DNA of 63,912 nt, filler included, from Lama guanicoe (Eukaryota), in the NCBI GenBank assembly GCA_013239625.1. It is 213 parts of 213 records of this genome, joined end to end, with 100 filler letters (N's around TTAATTAATTAA, not from the genome) between each part and the next. Parts side by side here need not be neighbours in the genome. Positions count along the whole stretch, not along the records: positions 62,207 to 62,407 come from PNXV01030576.1; positions 62,508 to 62,708 come from PNXV01030577.1; positions 62,809 to 63,009 come from PNXV01030578.1; positions 63,110 to 63,310 come from PNXV01030579.1; positions 63,411 to 63,611 come from PNXV01030580.1; positions 63,712 to 63,912 come from PNXV01030581.1; 207 more parts are not named here. The stretch is one strand, 5' to 3'. Both the position numbers and the translations under genes were made by a program. Shown piece after piece: positions 62,333 through 63,912 of this stretch; the first letter of the stretch is position 1; each line of letters begins with the position of its first letter. The notes below the pieces were generated by a model. That model had not been told where the DNA came from, ran no database searches, and saw nothing but the letters and a program-made list of their open reading frames with translations.

Positions 62333-63109
62333 CCTGTGCTCCTCAGGGACCCCTAAGTATCCACAGCAGGGAAGCTGGCATCATGACCAGCTGTGGGGGC
62401 TTTCACCNNNNNNNNNNNNNNNNNNNNNNNNNNNNNNNNNNNNNNNNNNNNTTAATTAATTAANNNNNNNNNNNNNNNNNNNNNNNNNNNNNNNNNNNNN
62501 NNNNNNNAGGGACTACAAACTTGCATCTCATCCACTGTCTTAGTTACATACCTGTGTTAGTTTACTCAAAAGTCTACCAGTTAGGGTCTAAAAGTCTTTT
62601 AGATTTCTGACCTTATGATTTCTAACCGCTCCCCCACCCCATGGAACAGCTTACCTCATATCTCTGCTGCCCCATCTGTAGCAATGCCCTGTAAATTACA
62701 GACAGAGANNNNNNNNNNNNNNNNNNNNNNNNNNNNNNNNNNNNNNNNNNNNTTAATTAATTAANNNNNNNNNNNNNNNNNNNNNNNNNNNNNNNNNNNN
62801 NNNNNNNNCTGGGACCTAGGCATCCTAGTCAGCAAGTGCTGGGGTTTCCAGTGCACCGTAGGATGTCTCCACGTGCCCTGCCTGCTGTGATGGGAGCAGC
62901 GGTCACTACAGCCAGAGCGGCCTGTGAATTTAATGCTTGTTTTCTTTCACGGCTGCCTCGCCTGCTGCAGGGGAGCGAGCACAGTGCTGTGACTGGAGCA
63001 CCCTGGGAGNNNNNNNNNNNNNNNNNNNNNNNNNNNNNNNNNNNNNNNNNNNNTTAATTAATTAANNNNNNNNNNNNNNNNNNNNNNNNNNNNNNNNNNN
63101 NNNNNNNNN

Positions 63110-63236
63110 AGGCTAAAGGCAACTTTCTCTTACAAAAGGTGCAGAAACAACAAGGCTAGGCCTAGAAAACAGGGCACAGGGCTAAAGCCAAAGGAGCAGA
63201 TCTAATATGGAGTCAGATTTGTTCTTTTCTACTACA
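63110..63236 (-). mobile_element. ERV LTR 5' end (begins TG on the minus strand)
   Basis: Reverse strand TGTAGTAGAAAAGAACAAATCTGACTCCATATTAGATCTG; homologous to 38432-38550. Confidence 0.7.
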
Positions 63237-63410
63237 TTCCTTCAGTGATTCCACATCAATGTCCAGATAAAATCCAAGATCTTACAGTGAGGACCCTTCT
63301 CAGTAGATCTNNNNNNNNNNNNNNNNNNNNNNNNNNNNNNNNNNNNNNNNNNNNTTAATTAATTAANNNNNNNNNNNNNNNNNNNNNNNNNNNNNNNNNN
63401 NNNNNNNNNN

Positions 63411-63530
63411 CAGTATAACTTTTATTTGCCCTAGGAAACCAAAAAATTCATATGACTCACTTTATTGCAGTATTTTCTTTATTGCAGTAGTCTGTAACTG
63501 AACCCACAGTAGCACCGAGGTATGCCTGTA
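63411..63530 (+). mobile_element. Tigger1 3' end with terminal inverted repeat and TA target site
   Basis: ggaaaccaaaaaattcatatgactcactttattgc...ccgaggtatgcctg followed by TA. Confidence 0.9.
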
Positions 63531-63912
63531 ATTGATTGCTAAATGAAATTACTAAATTGATGAGAATGTATATTGATGTCAGGATCCTTTTCAAAACCTG
63601 TGAATCACCTCNNNNNNNNNNNNNNNNNNNNNNNNNNNNNNNNNNNNNNNNNNNNTTAATTAATTAANNNNNNNNNNNNNNNNNNNNNNNNNNNNNNNNN
63701 NNNNNNNNNNNATGATAATGTACAATCTTCTAAAAAGCACATAATTTGGAAAAATAATCTTTTGACATATTTGTATTATGAATAATTTCATTAATGTTCA
63801 CCATGGTTTTCCCCATTTGACAAGAAAGTCCTGGGACCTCAATGGAAGGAATGCTCCTCTCTTTTGAGAAGACGGGGACAGAGGGCCCCTCGCCAAGGAG
63901 AGGCACCACCAT

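Noticed and set aside
63730..63912. 60-aa minus-strand ORF at the window end
   Set aside because: No recognisable homology or motif; length is expected by chance.

Overview
This window is not a contiguous locus. It is an artificial concatenation of 213 unrelated 200-201 bp mammalian contigs, joined by 212 identical 100-bp linkers (44 N + TTAATTAATTAA + 44 N; the 12-mer puts stop codons in all six frames). Adjacency between fragments has no biological meaning, and almost all ORF-track entries are artefacts of reading into the N runs. tRNA-derived Vic-1-type SINEs point to a camelid (alpaca, llama or camel) genome. Most fragments are repeat debris: L1, L2, MIR, MLT1/MLT2/ERV LTRs, Tigger1, MER20/33/58 and a 7-bp-core satellite. 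Six gene fragments can be recognised. Three are from the T-cell receptor alpha/delta locus and are missed by the ORF track: a TRDV3-like V exon with an in-frame TGA, a TRAV9-like leader/intron/V start, and a TRDV1-like V 3' end with a 23-RSS. The other three are an RPSA processed copy, an intronless SSU72-like retrogene start and an OR4X2-like olfactory receptor. Six near-identical contig pairs each have exactly 49 identical bases at both ends, the signature of de Bruijn graph bubbles. I found no multi-gene novel system, and none could be inferred from this architecture. The best leads are the TRDV3 nonsense copy, a satellite with 63/126-bp higher-order structure and strongly GC-shifted ancient repeats. 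All family assignments come from recalled consensus sequences, not from database searches.
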